Shown here piece after piece: positions 48,542 to 58,725 of a stretch of 64,000 nt of DNA. The translations under genes were made by a program, and so were the position numbers. Numbering within the stretch: position 1 is the stretch's first letter; every line of letters starts with the position of its first letter. The notes under the pieces are model-generated. The model did no database searches. It saw only the letters and a list, made by a program, of their open reading frames with translations, and was not told the origin of the DNA. This DNA comes from an uncultured SAR86 cluster bacterium (GTDB lineage: Bacteria; Pseudomonadota; Gammaproteobacteria; Magnimaribacterales; TMED112): contig CABZLG010000004.1 in NCBI GenBank assembly GCA_902526535.1, forward strand, positions 1,815 through 65,814, given 5' to 3'.

Positions 48542-49376
48542 TTTGTGCGTGCTCTTTAATTCTTTCAATATAACTTTTAAGCTCAACAGACTCGTTTTTA
48601 ATATCAGCAATTAATGCTTTCGATGACATTGTGTTTGCCTCTCTTAATAACTCTTGAGTATAGAAATCTAATTTTTTACCAATTGGTTGCTTCAAATGGA
48701 TTAATTCTTTTACTAAATCTAAGTGTGAAAAAAATCTAACAACTTCTTCATTAATATCTGACTTATTAATATTTGAAAAAACCTCTGAAAAGTTAATCTC
48801 TTTCCCCTCTGCATTTAACTCTTTTCTATATTGTTTAAATTTTTTAAAGATTTGTTTTGAATTTACTTTTTCTAATTTCTTCACCCTTTTTATAATTTTT
48901 TCCATCTCCCCGATAAGTTTTGCTAAATCATTTTTAATATTTTTTCCTTCTTTATCTCTTGTAATTTTCAAATTAAAAATTGCTTTTGAAACAAGATCTT
49001 TTAATCCAGATGGGCTTTCAGAAATTTGTCTTGATGAAAAATCTTGAATTTTTATTAATTGGGCTAAGGAAGAGGGACCAACATTTACTCCTTTCGATTT
49101 CAAATCTAGTTCACTATTCTTTATAAGTTTTATAAAACTTTTATCTAAGGAGAGGTTCTCTGTTTGTTTATTTGAGCTAATTATCTCAATTTCGATCTTC
49201 CCTCGAGAAAACTTATTATTTATTTTTTCTCTAATCCAACCCTCATTCTCTTTAAGCTCTGCTGGGAGTTTAATTGAAACCTCTAAAAACCTACTGTTAA
49301 GTGATTTAAGAATACACTTATATTCAATTTTGTCTTTAGTAAGTGTTTCAACACTAAATCCTGTCATGCTTTTCAT
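48531..49376 (-). CDS. yicC: YicC-family stress-induced protein (endoribonuclease family)
   Basis: 281 aa starting MKSMTGF..., with a C-terminal REANTMSSKA motif typical of YicC. It lies upstream of gmk. Confidence 0.85.
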   Translation of the reverse strand: MKSMTGFSVETLTKDKIEYKCILKSLNSRFLEVSIKLPAELKENEGWIREKINNKFSRGKIEIEIISSNKQTENLSLDKSFIKLIKNSELDLKSKGVNVGPSSLAQLIKIQDFSSRQISESPSGLKDLVSKAIFNLKITRDKEGKNIKNDLAKLIGEMEKIIKRVKKLEKVNSKQIFKKFKQYRKELNAEGKEINFSEVFSNINKSDINEEVVRFFSHLDLVKELIHLKQPIGKKLDFYTQELLREANTMSSKALIADIKNESVELKSYIERIKEHAQNVE

Positions 49377-49447
49377 ATATCAAACATTTTCAAAAATTAA
49401 AATTTTCTCCACTATTATATAAATATAAACATAATAATAAGTAGCAA

Positions 49448-51508
49448 ATGTCTGAAGGAAATAAAATAAATGCAACATCTTTGCCAATATCGTCTATAAA
49501 AGGGGTTGGTGAAAAACTTTCAAATTCTTTAATAAAACTTGGAATTAGAAACCTTGAAGACTTATTATTTCATTTTCCAATTGATTATTTAGATAGAACT
49601 AAGCTAGAACAAATAGCTGACTTAACTCCAGAGAAAGACTTTGTTATTAGGGGTGAAATAGAGAAGGTTTCACAAACTTTTGTTCCAAGAAAGATGTTAT
49701 TGGTAAAAGTCAAAGATTATAGTGGGCACATCTTTTTAAGATTTTTTTACTACTTCCCTAGTTTAAGAAATATATTTAAAGAGGGCGCAAATATCCAAGT
49801 TGCTGGAAAAAGTAGATTAGGGAGATATGGTTTAGAAACAATTCATCCTGATTATGAGATTTTAAATAATGAAAAGTTTATTCCAAAGATTCTTCCAAAG
49901 TACCGCTTAACAAAAGGGATAACACAACAAAAAATAAGAAAAATAATATCTCAAACATGTCAGCTTTTAAGAGATAAGAAAATTGAGATAGACGACTATA
50001 TTAAACATCCAGATTTTGAAACCCTTAACGATGCCGTTGTGGAGATTCATCAACCTGATCACAAAAATGATATTAATGACTATTTAATTGGAGGAGAATC
50101 AAAAGCAAGGCTGAGAATTGCTTTAGAAGAAATTATTGCAAATAAGATAAGTTACCTATCAATTAAAGAACAGAATAAAAATAGGCTTGCTGAAAAATTT
50201 GAAAACGGCACACTTGCAAAAAATATTAAAGAAGATTTACCTTTTTTTTTAACACCAGATCAAAAAAGGTGCTATCAAGAAATTGCTAAAGATATGGCAT
50301 CTGGATCGCCAATGTTAAGACTTCTACAGGGAGATGTCGGATCTGGTAAAACAATTGTCGCTGCGCTTATTGCTGCACATGTAGTAGAAGATCGAAAACA
50401 AGTAGTTATTCTTGCCCCTACAACCATTCTTGCAAACCAACATTATGAGAGTTTTCGTGAATGGTATGGGGATAATGTAAATATAGTTTTACTCACATCT
50501 AAACTTCCTGTTAAAGAAAAAAGAGAGATTTATAAAAAAATAAGGGATGGTGTTGTAAAAATAATAATTGGCACACACGCCGTATTTCAGGATGAGTTAA
50601 TTTATCAAAATTTATCGCTTGTAATATACGATGAGCAACATAGATTTGGTGTAAATCAAAGACTAAGGCTAAAAGAAAAAGCGAATGAAAATCCCCATCA
50701 ACTACTTCTTTCGGCAACACCAATACCAAGAACTATGGCAATGGGTGTTTTATCAGGTTTAGATATTTCTACAATCAGATCTCTTCCTCCTAATAGAATT
50801 CCAGTTACAACGTCAACCCTTTCTAATTCAAAAAGAAATGCATTAATAAAAAGAATTCAAAATGCTATTACAAATGATTCACAAGTTTACTGGGTTTGCC
50901 CATTAATTGAAGAAAGTGAAAATGAACTCACAGGTATAGAAGAGCTCAAAAAAATCTTAGAGAAAGAATTTTCAAAAACTGATTATGAAATTATCCATGG
51001 AAAAATGAGGGACGAAGAAAAGAAAGTAATTATAAAAAACTTTAAAGAATGTAAAACTAAAATTCTTCTTGCTACTACCGTGATAGAAGTTGGAATAGAT
51101 GTACCTGATGCAAACATAATGGTAATTGAAAATGCAGAGAGATTTGGGCTTTCGCAATTGCACCAATTAAGAGGAAGAGTAGGAAGAGGAACAAAAGAGA
51201 GTTTCTGTATATTAATGCATGATGAATCTCTTTCTGATATGTCAAAGGAGAGACTAAAAATTATTACAGAAACTTCAGATGGTTTTACAATCGCAGAGTC
51301 AGATCTTAAATTACGTGGCCCTGGTGATATATTGGGACTTTCTCAAACTGGATTACCTAGTTTTACTTTTTATGATCTATTAGCTAATAAAGAACTGAAG
51401 AACGAAGCAGATATATATGCAAAAGAAATTATTAAACTACCAGTTGAGTCACAAAGAAAAATTATCGAGAGGTGGTTCCCAGCTCATCTAGAGTTATCTG
51501 ATGTTTAG
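49448..51508 (+). CDS. recG: ATP-dependent DNA helicase RecG
   Basis: 686 aa with a wedge/OB N-terminal region and helicase motifs GDVGSGKT, DEQHRFG, SATPIPRT and QLHQLRGRVGRG. Confidence 0.95.
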   Translation: MSEGNKINATSLPISSIKGVGEKLSNSLIKLGIRNLEDLLFHFPIDYLDRTKLEQIADLTPEKDFVIRGEIEKVSQTFVPRKMLLVKVKDYSGHIFLRFFYYFPSLRNIFKEGANIQVAGKSRLGRYGLETIHPDYEILNNEKFIPKILPKYRLTKGITQQKIRKIISQTCQLLRDKKIEIDDYIKHPDFETLNDAVVEIHQPDHKNDINDYLIGGESKARLRIALEEIIANKISYLSIKEQNKNRLAEKFENGTLAKNIKEDLPFFLTPDQKRCYQEIAKDMASGSPMLRLLQGDVGSGKTIVAALIAAHVVEDRKQVVILAPTTILANQHYESFREWYGDNVNIVLLTSKLPVKEKREIYKKIRDGVVKIIIGTHAVFQDELIYQNLSLVIYDEQHRFGVNQRLRLKEKANENPHQLLLSATPIPRTMAMGVLSGLDISTIRSLPPNRIPVTTSTLSNSKRNALIKRIQNAITNDSQVYWVCPLIEESENELTGIEELKKILEKEFSKTDYEIIHGKMRDEEKKVIIKNFKECKTKILLATTVIEVGIDVPDANIMVIENAERFGLSQLHQLRGRVGRGTKESFCILMHDESLSDMSKERLKIITETSDGFTIAESDLKLRGPGDILGLSQTGLPSFTFYDLLANKELKNEADIYAKEIIKLPVESQRKIIERWFPAHLELSDV

Positions 51509-51708
51509 TTATGAGCAATTGAATAAATAGTAATAAATAAAATTCCTGTTCCAAGTGTTCCAAAAATTAAAATTAAATAATCTACAAGAGTTACTGCAAA
51601 CAATTTTTTCCAACTCTGGTCAGATTTCACTTTTTTAAATGCAGCTATTTTAAAAAAAGTGAAATTAAATAAAAATACAACAGCTCCAAGAATAAAAATA
51701 CTCGTCAT
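51505..51708 (-). CDS. small two-TM membrane protein, unknown function
   Basis: 67 aa with two hydrophobic helices. The ATG overlaps the hppA stop (TAATG). Confidence 0.45.
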   Translation of the reverse strand: MTSIFILGAVVFLFNFTFFKIAAFKKVKSDQSWKKLFAVTLVDYLILIFGTLGTGILFITIYSIAHN

Positions 51709-53717
51709 TAGAGTAACGGAGCTATCACTAGACTAACAATAGCCATAACATTGATTAGTATATTCATTGAAGGTCCTGAAGTATCTTTAAAAGGATCACC
51801 AACAGTATCACCTACAACGGTAGCTGAATGTGTATCTGTACCCTTCCCACCAAAGTTACCTTTCTCAACAAATTTCTTGGCATTGTCCCAAGCACCACCT
51901 GCATTTGCCATCATTAGTGCCATAAGAACACATCCTAATAATGCTCCAGCCAACATGCCACCAAGATGTATAGGTCCTAAAACAAAACCTACTAAAACAG
52001 GAGATAGGATTGCGATGGCACCAGGAAGTAACATCTTGTTAAGTGCAGCTTTAGTCGCGATGTCAACGCATTTAGCATTATCAGGCTCAGCTTTTCCTTC
52101 TAACAAACCTGGAATCTCTCTAAATTGTCTTCTAATTTCTTCAATCATTTCGAATGCTGCCTCACCGACTGCAGACATGGTTATTGAAGAAACAAGAAAT
52201 GGTATTGTTCCACCAATAAATATGCCCATAAGAACTCTTGGGTCATTTAATGATAAATATTCAATTCCTGTTGCTAACATATAAGCAGCAATAATTGCTA
52301 ATGCTGCCAACGCTGCAGCCCCAATAGCAAAACCTTTCCCAATGGCTGCTGTGGTATTTCCTAACTCATCCAATGAATCTGTTATTTCTCTGACTTCTTT
52401 TTTCATGCCACTCATTTCTGCAATGCCGCCAGCATTGTCTGCAACAGGACCATAGGCATCTATTGCCATTGTTATACCTACAGTAGCCAACATCCCAACA
52501 GCTGCGATGCCTACTCCGTAAAGACCTGAAAAATGAGTTGATATACCGATAATTGCTGCGATAACAAATAGAGGTAAAACAACTGACTGCATACCAACAC
52601 TTAAACCCGTTATCATGACAGTTGCTGGACCAGTTTCACCAGACTTTGCAATGCGACCGACAGGTGAATTCTCTGTTGATCCTCCTGTATAGTATTCCGT
52701 AATGAGGCCAATAAGCATTCCACCAACAGCACCTGTTAAAACTGAATAAAAAACTTCTATTTCTATTCCTGGTGAATATTTAATAAAAAAATATGCAATT
52801 ACTAAGAACAGTACTGGTGAAAAAAATGTACCCCATCTCAATGCAACAGCAGGAGAGCGCGATACTTGTGTTCGTACAATTCCTATTCCAATGAGTGAAC
52901 AAAATAGCCCAAATGTAGCTAGTGAAAGGGGTAGAAACATTAAGCTTTCATTTCCTAATGTTGCTGCAATTGCAATGGATGCAATCATTGCGCCACAGTA
53001 AGATTCAAAAATATCCGAGCCCATACCTGCGATATCACCAACATTATCCCCAACATTGTCGGCAATAACTCCCGGGTTTCTTGGGTCATCTTCGGGTATT
53101 CCAGCTTCTACTTTCCCAACTAAATCAGCACCAACATCTGCACTTTTTGTATAGATGCCTCCACCAACTCTAGAAAACAATGCAACTGCTGAAGCTCCAA
53201 CTCCAAAACCCTCTAAAGATTTTGCTATTTGGTCTGCATTAGATAAAGATTCAGTAAAATAAAAATACAATCCACCTAACCCCACTAAGCCCATAGAGGC
53301 AACACATAGACCCATAATAGAGCCACCGAAGAAAGAAATTGACAATGCTTGTTCTTTACCAGAATTTTCAGCTGCTGTTGCAGTTCTAACATTAGCTTTT
53401 GTAGCTGAATACATTCCTATAAAGCCAGCTATAGCCGAAGATAATGCTCCAACTCCAATGGCTAAGGCTGTATACCAACCTAAAGGTGAAAGACCACAGG
53501 CAATAATTAAAACTAAAACTACAGGGGCAAGAATTTTGTACTCAGTGAACATAAAGACTTTAGCTCCAAGATGTATTTGATCACCAATTTTAACAACTGA
53601 ACCCTTTCCAGCAGGATATCTCATAATCAAACCATAGAGAATAAAGGCAAAAAATAAGCCTATAAAACCAGTAATAAGCGGACTATAAGATGTCATTCCA
53701 ACAGAAAACTCAGTCAT
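51708..53717 (-). CDS. hppA: membrane-integral ion-translocating pyrophosphatase, K+-dependent subfamily signature
   Basis: 669 aa with motifs [28 protein letters not shown] and [19 protein letters not shown] has Ala rather than Lys at the K+-dependence position. Confidence 0.9.
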   Translation of the reverse strand: MTEFSVGMTSYSPLITGFIGLFFAFILYGLIMRYPAGKGSVVKIGDQIHLGAKVFMFTEYKILAPVVLVLIIACGLSPLGWYTALAIGVGALSSAIAGFIGMYSATKANVRTATAAENSGKEQALSISFFGGSIMGLCVASMGLVGLGGLYFYFTESLSNADQIAKSLEGFGVGASAVALFSRVGGGIYTKSADVGADLVGKVEAGIPEDDPRNPGVIADNVGDNVGDIAGMGSDIFESYCGAMIASIAIAATLGNESLMFLPLSLATFGLFCSLIGIGIVRTQVSRSPAVALRWGTFFSPVLFLVIAYFFIKYSPGIEIEVFYSVLTGAVGGMLIGLITEYYTGGSTENSPVGRIAKSGETGPATVMITGLSVGMQSVVLPLFVIAAIIGISTHFSGLYGVGIAAVGMLATVGITMAIDAYGPVADNAGGIAEMSGMKKEVREITDSLDELGNTTAAIGKGFAIGAAALAALAIIAAYMLATGIEYLSLNDPRVLMGIFIGGTIPFLVSSITMSAVGEAAFEMIEEIRRQFREIPGLLEGKAEPDNAKCVDIATKAALNKMLLPGAIAILSPVLVGFVLGPIHLGGMLAGALLGCVLMALMMANAGGAWDNAKKFVEKGNFGGKGTDTHSATVVGDTVGDPFKDTSGPSMNILINVMAIVSLVIAPLL

Positions 53718-53718
53718 A

Positions 53719-54975
53719 TTATTTATTAAATATTTTTTCGTTTAATTCTTTTTCAGATTTAGCTACTATACATGAGACTGCTGCATCTCCGCAAACATTT
53801 ACTGCGGTTCTAATCATGTCTAAAATTCTGTCTACAGCTAAAATTAAACCAATTGCATCCAAAGGTAATCCTACTGATCCTAAAATGAGAGCAAGAGTCA
53901 CAGTTCCTGCCGATGGTACTGCCGCAGTACCAATTGAAGTAACCATTGCTAGCAATACTATTTGTCCATACTGAACAAGAGATAGATCTACTCCAACTGT
54001 GCTTGCAATAAACATTGTAGCGAGACCCTGCATTATTGCCGTTCCATCCATGTTTATAGTTGCTCCGACAGGCACAACAAAAGAGGCAACATCTTTTTTA
54101 ACACCTAAATCATCAGACACTGTTTTCAAAGTTACTGGAATTGTTGCAGCACTTGACGATGTTGAAAAGGCGAATAAAGCAACATTTCTCATTTTTCCAA
54201 AGAAAACAATTGGATTTAAATTTGCAAAAATTTTAAGAATTAATGAATAGGTAAAAAATAAATGAAAAAATAAAACAAACATTAAAATTAGAACATATTG
54301 AGCAAGATCTCCGAAAACATTTAGTCCTTTTGCCATTACGTAACTTCCGATTAAGCAAAATACCCCGAAAGGTGCAAAATTCATTATCAATAAAACAATT
54401 TTCAAAAAGACAATATTCATTTTTTCAAATGCTTTTGAAAGTCCTGAAGTCAAATCATCTGTGAGATTTAGTGCAATTCCAAATAATATACTTATGAAAA
54501 CAATACCCAACATATTATTCTCAACAAAGGCACCAAAAATATTGCTTGGAAAAATTCTTAGTACAGTTTGATAAAGATCTGCACTTCCTTGTACTGGTTC
54601 ATAAGATTCAACTTCTCCTTCGTAACCAGACAAATTAAATACCCATCCAAAAAATAATGCTAAAGAAACAGCTAATCCTGTAGTCAGTAAATACAAACCA
54701 ATTGTTTTTGTTGCTATAGAACCAAGCTTTACCATGTTTGAAAGAGAGGATATTCCCGATACCAGTGAGAAAAATACTAAAGGTACTACGATTAATAAGA
54801 GTAGATTCTTAAATACTTGTCCACCGAGGTTAAAAATATATTTCTCAACATTGTCGAAGAAAGCAACAGGTATTTGAGTTTGGAAATAGAAAAACATGGA
54901 AGCAATTAATACTCCAAGCGTCATTCCTAATAAGACATTTCTTGTTAAATTTTTTGGTGCATCTAATGTTTTCAT
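53719..54975 (-). CDS. dicarboxylate/amino acid:cation symporter (DAACS/SLC1 family)
   Basis: 418 aa, polytopic, with hairpin and binding motifs (SSSAATIPV, GATINMDGTA, VDRILDMIRTAVNVCGD). Confidence 0.85.
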   Translation of the reverse strand: MKTLDAPKNLTRNVLLGMTLGVLIASMFFYFQTQIPVAFFDNVEKYIFNLGGQVFKNLLLLIVVPLVFFSLVSGISSLSNMVKLGSIATKTIGLYLLTTGLAVSLALFFGWVFNLSGYEGEVESYEPVQGSADLYQTVLRIFPSNIFGAFVENNMLGIVFISILFGIALNLTDDLTSGLSKAFEKMNIVFLKIVLLIMNFAPFGVFCLIGSYVMAKGLNVFGDLAQYVLILMFVLFFHLFFTYSLILKIFANLNPIVFFGKMRNVALFAFSTSSSAATIPVTLKTVSDDLGVKKDVASFVVPVGATINMDGTAIMQGLATMFIASTVGVDLSLVQYGQIVLLAMVTSIGTAAVPSAGTVTLALILGSVGLPLDAIGLILAVDRILDMIRTAVNVCGDAAVSCIVAKSEKELNEKIFNK

Positions 54976-55142
54976 ATTTCTACCATATCAAAATCTTCTT
55001 TGCCTACCCCGCACTCTGGACAAACCCAGTCTTCAGGTACATCTTCCCATTTAGTTCCAGGTTGCAAACCATCCTCTGGATGTCCCTTTTCTTCATCATA
55101 CACCCAACCACATACAATGCATTCCCATTTTTTGAATTCCAT
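54972..55142 (-). CDS. rubredoxin
   Basis: Trimmed to the ATG at 55142 (MEFKKWECIVCGWVYDEEKG...WVCPECGVGKEDF), giving 56 aa with two CxxCG motifs. The stop overlaps the symporter start (ATGA). Confidence 0.9.
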   Translation of the reverse strand: MEFKKWECIVCGWVYDEEKGHPEDGLQPGTKWEDVPEDWVCPECGVGKEDFDMVEI

Positions 55143-55190
55143 AAATATCTCTTTTCTAAGGATGGTATTATAATCAATCCTCACATATTT

Positions 55191-55667
55191 ATGGCACCTT
55201 TAATTGAAACAAACTGGAAGCTTTTTGATGAAAAAAAGAATGTAGACTTTAAGCAAATGAACGGATGGGTAAGTGAAGATAAATCGCTTATTAATCGCCT
55301 TGAAAATAACTACGGAATAATAAATTTAGAGGTTCTTAGTGAGGAAGAGACTGAATTCTCAGATAGTGAATTAGACTTTGAAAAAGTAAAAGGAAACTTA
55401 AGAAAAGTTTTTCTCAGAGCACAAACAAATGTTGTTTATGCGGAATCTTTTTTTAGTTCAAGAGTTTTCAAGAAATTTCCTAAATTTAAGAGACTAGGTA
55501 GAGAACCATTAGGCAAATATCTTTTTGATAACCCTTTGATATCAAAAAAAGAAACTTATGTTGCAAAATATTCCTTAGAAAATAAAAGTTACTTAGGTAG
55601 AAAATGTATTTATGATTTAGATGGAGAAAAGTTTTTTGTAATAGAGGTTTTTTTATTTCATGAATAA
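55191..55667 (+). CDS. ubiC: chorismate pyruvate-lyase
   Basis: Trimmed to the ATG at 55191, because the upstream part of the ORF-track entry is antisense to rubredoxin. The C-terminal half aligns by eye with E. coli UbiC (LGREPLGKYLF; ...FFVIEVFLF). It lies directly upstream of ubiA. Confidence 0.7.
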   Translation: MAPLIETNWKLFDEKKNVDFKQMNGWVSEDKSLINRLENNYGIINLEVLSEEETEFSDSELDFEKVKGNLRKVFLRAQTNVVYAESFFSSRVFKKFPKFKRLGREPLGKYLFDNPLISKKETYVAKYSLENKSYLGRKCIYDLDGEKFFVIEVFLFHE

Positions 55668-56508
55668 ATTAAATGCATATTTGAATCTTATAAGATTTTA
55701 TAATCCAATTGGTTTTTGGTTATTGCTGTGGCCTGGCATGTGGGGCCTTTTTATGGCTGATAATTTTGAAATTAAGCACTTTGCTATAGTCATAGCAGGA
55801 GCTTTTCTAACGAGATCTTTAGGTTGTGCAATAAATGATTATTTTGACATTGGTTTTGATGGTCAGGTTAAAAGAACAAAGAACAGACCACTTGTAAATA
55901 AAACATTAACTAAAACTGAAGCCTTAATTTTTATTATTTTTTTGGGAATAGTATGTTTACTTCTTCTCTATTTAACAAATTTGTTTGTAATCTTATTTGT
56001 TCTATTTGTGGCTGCACCTTTAATAATTGTCTATCCACTTACAAAAAGATTTCTTCCTATACCTCAATTATTTTTGGGTTTAACATTCGGTTTATCTTTG
56101 CCAATTTCATATGCAATAGCAGAACAAAATATTTCTTTTGATATTCTATTGATATATTTTGCATGTGTTTGTTGGATTACTGCATATGACAGTCTCTATG
56201 CAATGAATGATATAGAGGACGACAAAAAAATTTCTATTAACTCACTTCCAATATTTTTTGGAAAAGATAAATACATTGTTATACAAGCTTTCTTTGGAAT
56301 CTTTTTGGTAATTATGTTTTTTATTTCGCTAAAGAATTCTTTTAGCATTTTATCGGTAGGTATTTTGTTCATCATTTACCAAATTTATTTTCAAGTTAAA
56401 TTGTCGAAATCTGGTCAACATATTGAAGCCTTTCAGTCTAACAGCCATATAGGTCTTGTTATTGCTGCTTTGATATTTTTAGAAAATCATCATGAATTAC
56501 TCTATTAA
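55660..56508 (+). CDS. ubiA: 4-hydroxybenzoate polyprenyltransferase
   Basis: 282 aa, polytopic, with UbiA Asp-rich motifs (NDYFDIGFD and YAMNDIEDD). Confidence 0.9.
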   Translation: MNKLNAYLNLIRFYNPIGFWLLLWPGMWGLFMADNFEIKHFAIVIAGAFLTRSLGCAINDYFDIGFDGQVKRTKNRPLVNKTLTKTEALIFIIFLGIVCLLLLYLTNLFVILFVLFVAAPLIIVYPLTKRFLPIPQLFLGLTFGLSLPISYAIAEQNISFDILLIYFACVCWITAYDSLYAMNDIEDDKKISINSLPIFFGKDKYIVIQAFFGIFLVIMFFISLKNSFSILSVGILFIIYQIYFQVKLSKSGQHIEAFQSNSHIGLVIAALIFLENHHELLY

Positions 56509-57589
56509 AAAAAATTGCAAAAAACTTAAAGCTGTCATCAGTCAGACCCAAAAGAAGGAGGACATTTTCTTTTCATATGAATTCTTAAGTGCCTTAGAGG
56601 AGTCAAACTGCTTAGATGAAGATTCAGGTTGGTCACCAAATTATTTAGTTCACGACACAAATACAATTATTCCATTTTACGAGAAAGAAAATAGTCATGG
56701 AGAATTTGTATTTGATTATGCTTGGGCGAATGCTTATTTCAGATATGGTCAAAGATATTATCCAAAACTTGTGATGAGTGTACCCTTCACACCAGTAGAT
56801 GGTAATAGAATTTTTTCTAAATCAAATGAAGATGGTAGAGCTGCCTTAGATAGTCTTGTTGATTATACAAGACAAAATGATTTCTCATCATTACATGCTT
56901 TATTTGTTGCAAAAGAACAAAGAGATATTTTTAGCTCTCAAGAATTTATAGAAAGGAATGATTGCAATTTTGTCTGGAAAAACAAATCTTATGATGATTT
57001 TGATGATTTTTTAGAGGCTCTCTCTTCCAGGCACAGGAAGAGCATTAAAAAAGAGAGAAAATTTATCAACTCTCTAGGAGTAGAGTTTGAGATTGTAAAA
57101 AATATTAAAAAGGAGGATTGGGATGATTTTTATCTTTTCTATGCACTGACATATGTTAAAAGAGGTCAAAAACCTTATTTGAATGAAGACTTTTTCTTAA
57201 AATTATCTAACCTTAAGCCTCAAATTATTTTTGCTCACAAAGGGGGCTATAGAATAGCAGCAGCCCTCTTCTTTAATAATAAAGATACTCTTTATGGAAG
57301 ATACTGGGGAGCTAAAGAAGAAATAAATTATCTACATTTTGAAATGTGTTACTACCAGGGAATTGAACTGGCTATTAAGCAAGAAAACCAAAGTTTTGAT
57401 CCAGGGATTCAAGGTCATCACAAACTTAAGAGAGGCTTTGAGCCGATAATAAATACGTCATTCCACTGGATAAAAAATTCAGAATTTCGTAAAGCAATAA
57501 GAAAATTCTGTGATGAAGAGTCAAGAAATATCTTTAAGTATTTTGAACAATCAAAAAAATTTTTACCTTTTAAAAATGCAGGAGTATGA
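56492..57589 (+). CDS. DUF482/FemAB-like GNAT-fold family protein
   Basis: 365 aa. The length and sequence pattern (YGRYWG, FEMCYYQGIE, GIQGHHKLKRGFEP) match the peptidoglycan-biosynthesis/recognition-type DUF482 family as I recall it. Confidence 0.6.
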   Translation: MNYSIKKNCKKLKAVISQTQKKEDIFFSYEFLSALEESNCLDEDSGWSPNYLVHDTNTIIPFYEKENSHGEFVFDYAWANAYFRYGQRYYPKLVMSVPFTPVDGNRIFSKSNEDGRAALDSLVDYTRQNDFSSLHALFVAKEQRDIFSSQEFIERNDCNFVWKNKSYDDFDDFLEALSSRHRKSIKKERKFINSLGVEFEIVKNIKKEDWDDFYLFYALTYVKRGQKPYLNEDFFLKLSNLKPQIIFAHKGGYRIAAALFFNNKDTLYGRYWGAKEEINYLHFEMCYYQGIELAIKQENQSFDPGIQGHHKLKRGFEPIINTSFHWIKNSEFRKAIRKFCDEESRNIFKYFEQSKKFLPFKNAGV

Positions 57590-57989
57590 GAAGACAAATC
57601 ATCATATTATAATTTGTTCAGCAAATTATCTTAGGTTAAAAAAAATTTTAAAAAATTTCTCCAAAACTAAGGTAGAGTTGAATAAAAAAGAAAAGAAAAG
57701 TAGATTTAAAGCGAAATTTTTATTAAAAAAATTATCAAAACATACGTCAGATTCAATTCTTGAGTTTTCAAATCTTGATTCATCCTTTTTAAACGTCTTC
57801 AATATTGGAATTAATATTTATCATGATGTTGAACTTGCAGAGGTCAAATCCCTTAACGGTTTTTATCCAAATAAATTTCCATTCCAGAGTGAAAGCATTC
57901 CTAAATCTGAAGATGAAAAATCTCAACAAAATAGATTTTTAACCGAGGTTCTTGATACCATCCTGACAGGAGATTTTTATGAAGAATAA
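57576..57989 (+). CDS. DUF1249 (YqiB-like) family protein
   Basis: Trimmed to the ATG at 57576, giving 137 aa. It aligns by eye with E. coli YqiB (NYLRLKKIL vs NFSQLRRLL; IYHDVELAEV vs LYHDAMVAEV; EDEKSQQNRFL vs RDEKHQINQFL). It is adjacent to yqiA. Confidence 0.65.
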   Translation: MQEYEKTNHHIIICSANYLRLKKILKNFSKTKVELNKKEKKSRFKAKFLLKKLSKHTSDSILEFSNLDSSFLNVFNIGINIYHDVELAEVKSLNGFYPNKFPFQSESIPKSEDEKSQQNRFLTEVLDTILTGDFYEE

Positions 57990-58554
57990 AAAACTAATTA
58001 TTTATGTACATGGTTGGAATTCGCATGAGAAAGCACGTAAGGCAGTTCTTATTGCAGAGGAGCTCAAATTAAATATTAATTATGAAGTAAGTTCTCTAAC
58101 TCTTCATCACCATCCTAGAGAGGCAATAAACCAACTTTCAGAAATTATAAAAACCGAGAAAAAAAATAGAGAGGTTTTTCTTATTGGGAGCTCCCTTGGA
58201 GGCTATTTTTCTGTTTACTTATCAGAAAAATACAATTTAAAAGCCGCAATGATTAATCCTGCAGTTTGGGCGTACAAAATTTTTAAAAATAATATGGGAA
58301 AAAACATTAATGGCAATACAGGTATAGAGTACATTGTTGATAATGAATGGGTTAATAGCCTTGAAGAAATATTTATAAAAAAAATTACTCATAAAAATTA
58401 TTTAGTCCTACTTCAAACCGGAGATGAGACCTTGAACTATAAGTTCGCTGAAAAATATTTTAAAGGTTCAAAAATAGAAATTGATAAAGGTGGTAATCAT
58501 AGTTTTGAAAATCTAGAATCAAAAATACCTATTATTCTTGAACATTTCTCATAA
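57979..58554 (+). CDS. yqiA: YqiA-type esterase (UPF0227 alpha/beta hydrolase)
   Basis: 191 aa with IIYVHGWNS, nucleophile elbow GSSLGG and a C-terminal GGNHSF. Confidence 0.8.
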   Translation: MKNKKLIIYVHGWNSHEKARKAVLIAEELKLNINYEVSSLTLHHHPREAINQLSEIIKTEKKNREVFLIGSSLGGYFSVYLSEKYNLKAAMINPAVWAYKIFKNNMGKNINGNTGIEYIVDNEWVNSLEEIFIKKITHKNYLVLLQTGDETLNYKFAEKYFKGSKIEIDKGGNHSFENLESKIPIILEHFS

Positions 58555-58676
58555 AAAGTTCTAATACTTAAATTCCCTTGCTTATAAAGACAAAAAGTTT
58601 TAAATTTAAATTGCATTTAGACTTTGCACCATTCTCCTTATAACTTAAGGAGCCCTATAGGGTAAAAGGTTAAAAT

Positions 58677-58725
58677 CGTTCATCTTCGAAAGAGGACGGA
58701 AGTAAGCGAAAGCTGAAGGAACGCG
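58677..58725 (+). promoter_or_regulatory. glutamine riboswitch (glnA RNA motif) in the 5' leader of glutamine synthetase
   Basis: The sequence is CGUUCAUCUUCGAAAGAGGACGGAAGUAAGCGAAAGCUGAAGGAACGCG. P1 is CGUUC/GAACG. The conserved GGACGGAAGUA and GAAGGAACGCG blocks are present. P2 is AGC-GAAA-GCU with a GNRA loop. It ends 77 nt upstream of the GS start codon. Confidence 0.8.

Noticed and set aside
54942-55190. N-terminal 83 codons of the ORF-track entry 54942..55667.
   Set aside because: It runs antisense through the rubredoxin gene and the symporter start and has a low-complexity hydrophobic composition. The UbiC-like similarity begins only after the ATG at 55191.
58555-58676. I looked for a sigma-54 (TGGCAC-N5-TTGC) promoter, NtrC sites or a second tandem glutamine aptamer upstream of glnII. 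Two small palindromes are present (TCCTTA..TAAGGA at about 58635-58651 and CCCTATAGGG at 58653-58662).
   Set aside because: There is no GG/GC sigma-54 spacing match and no second copy of the conserved riboswitch blocks. The palindromes are short and could be the yqiA terminator or chance.
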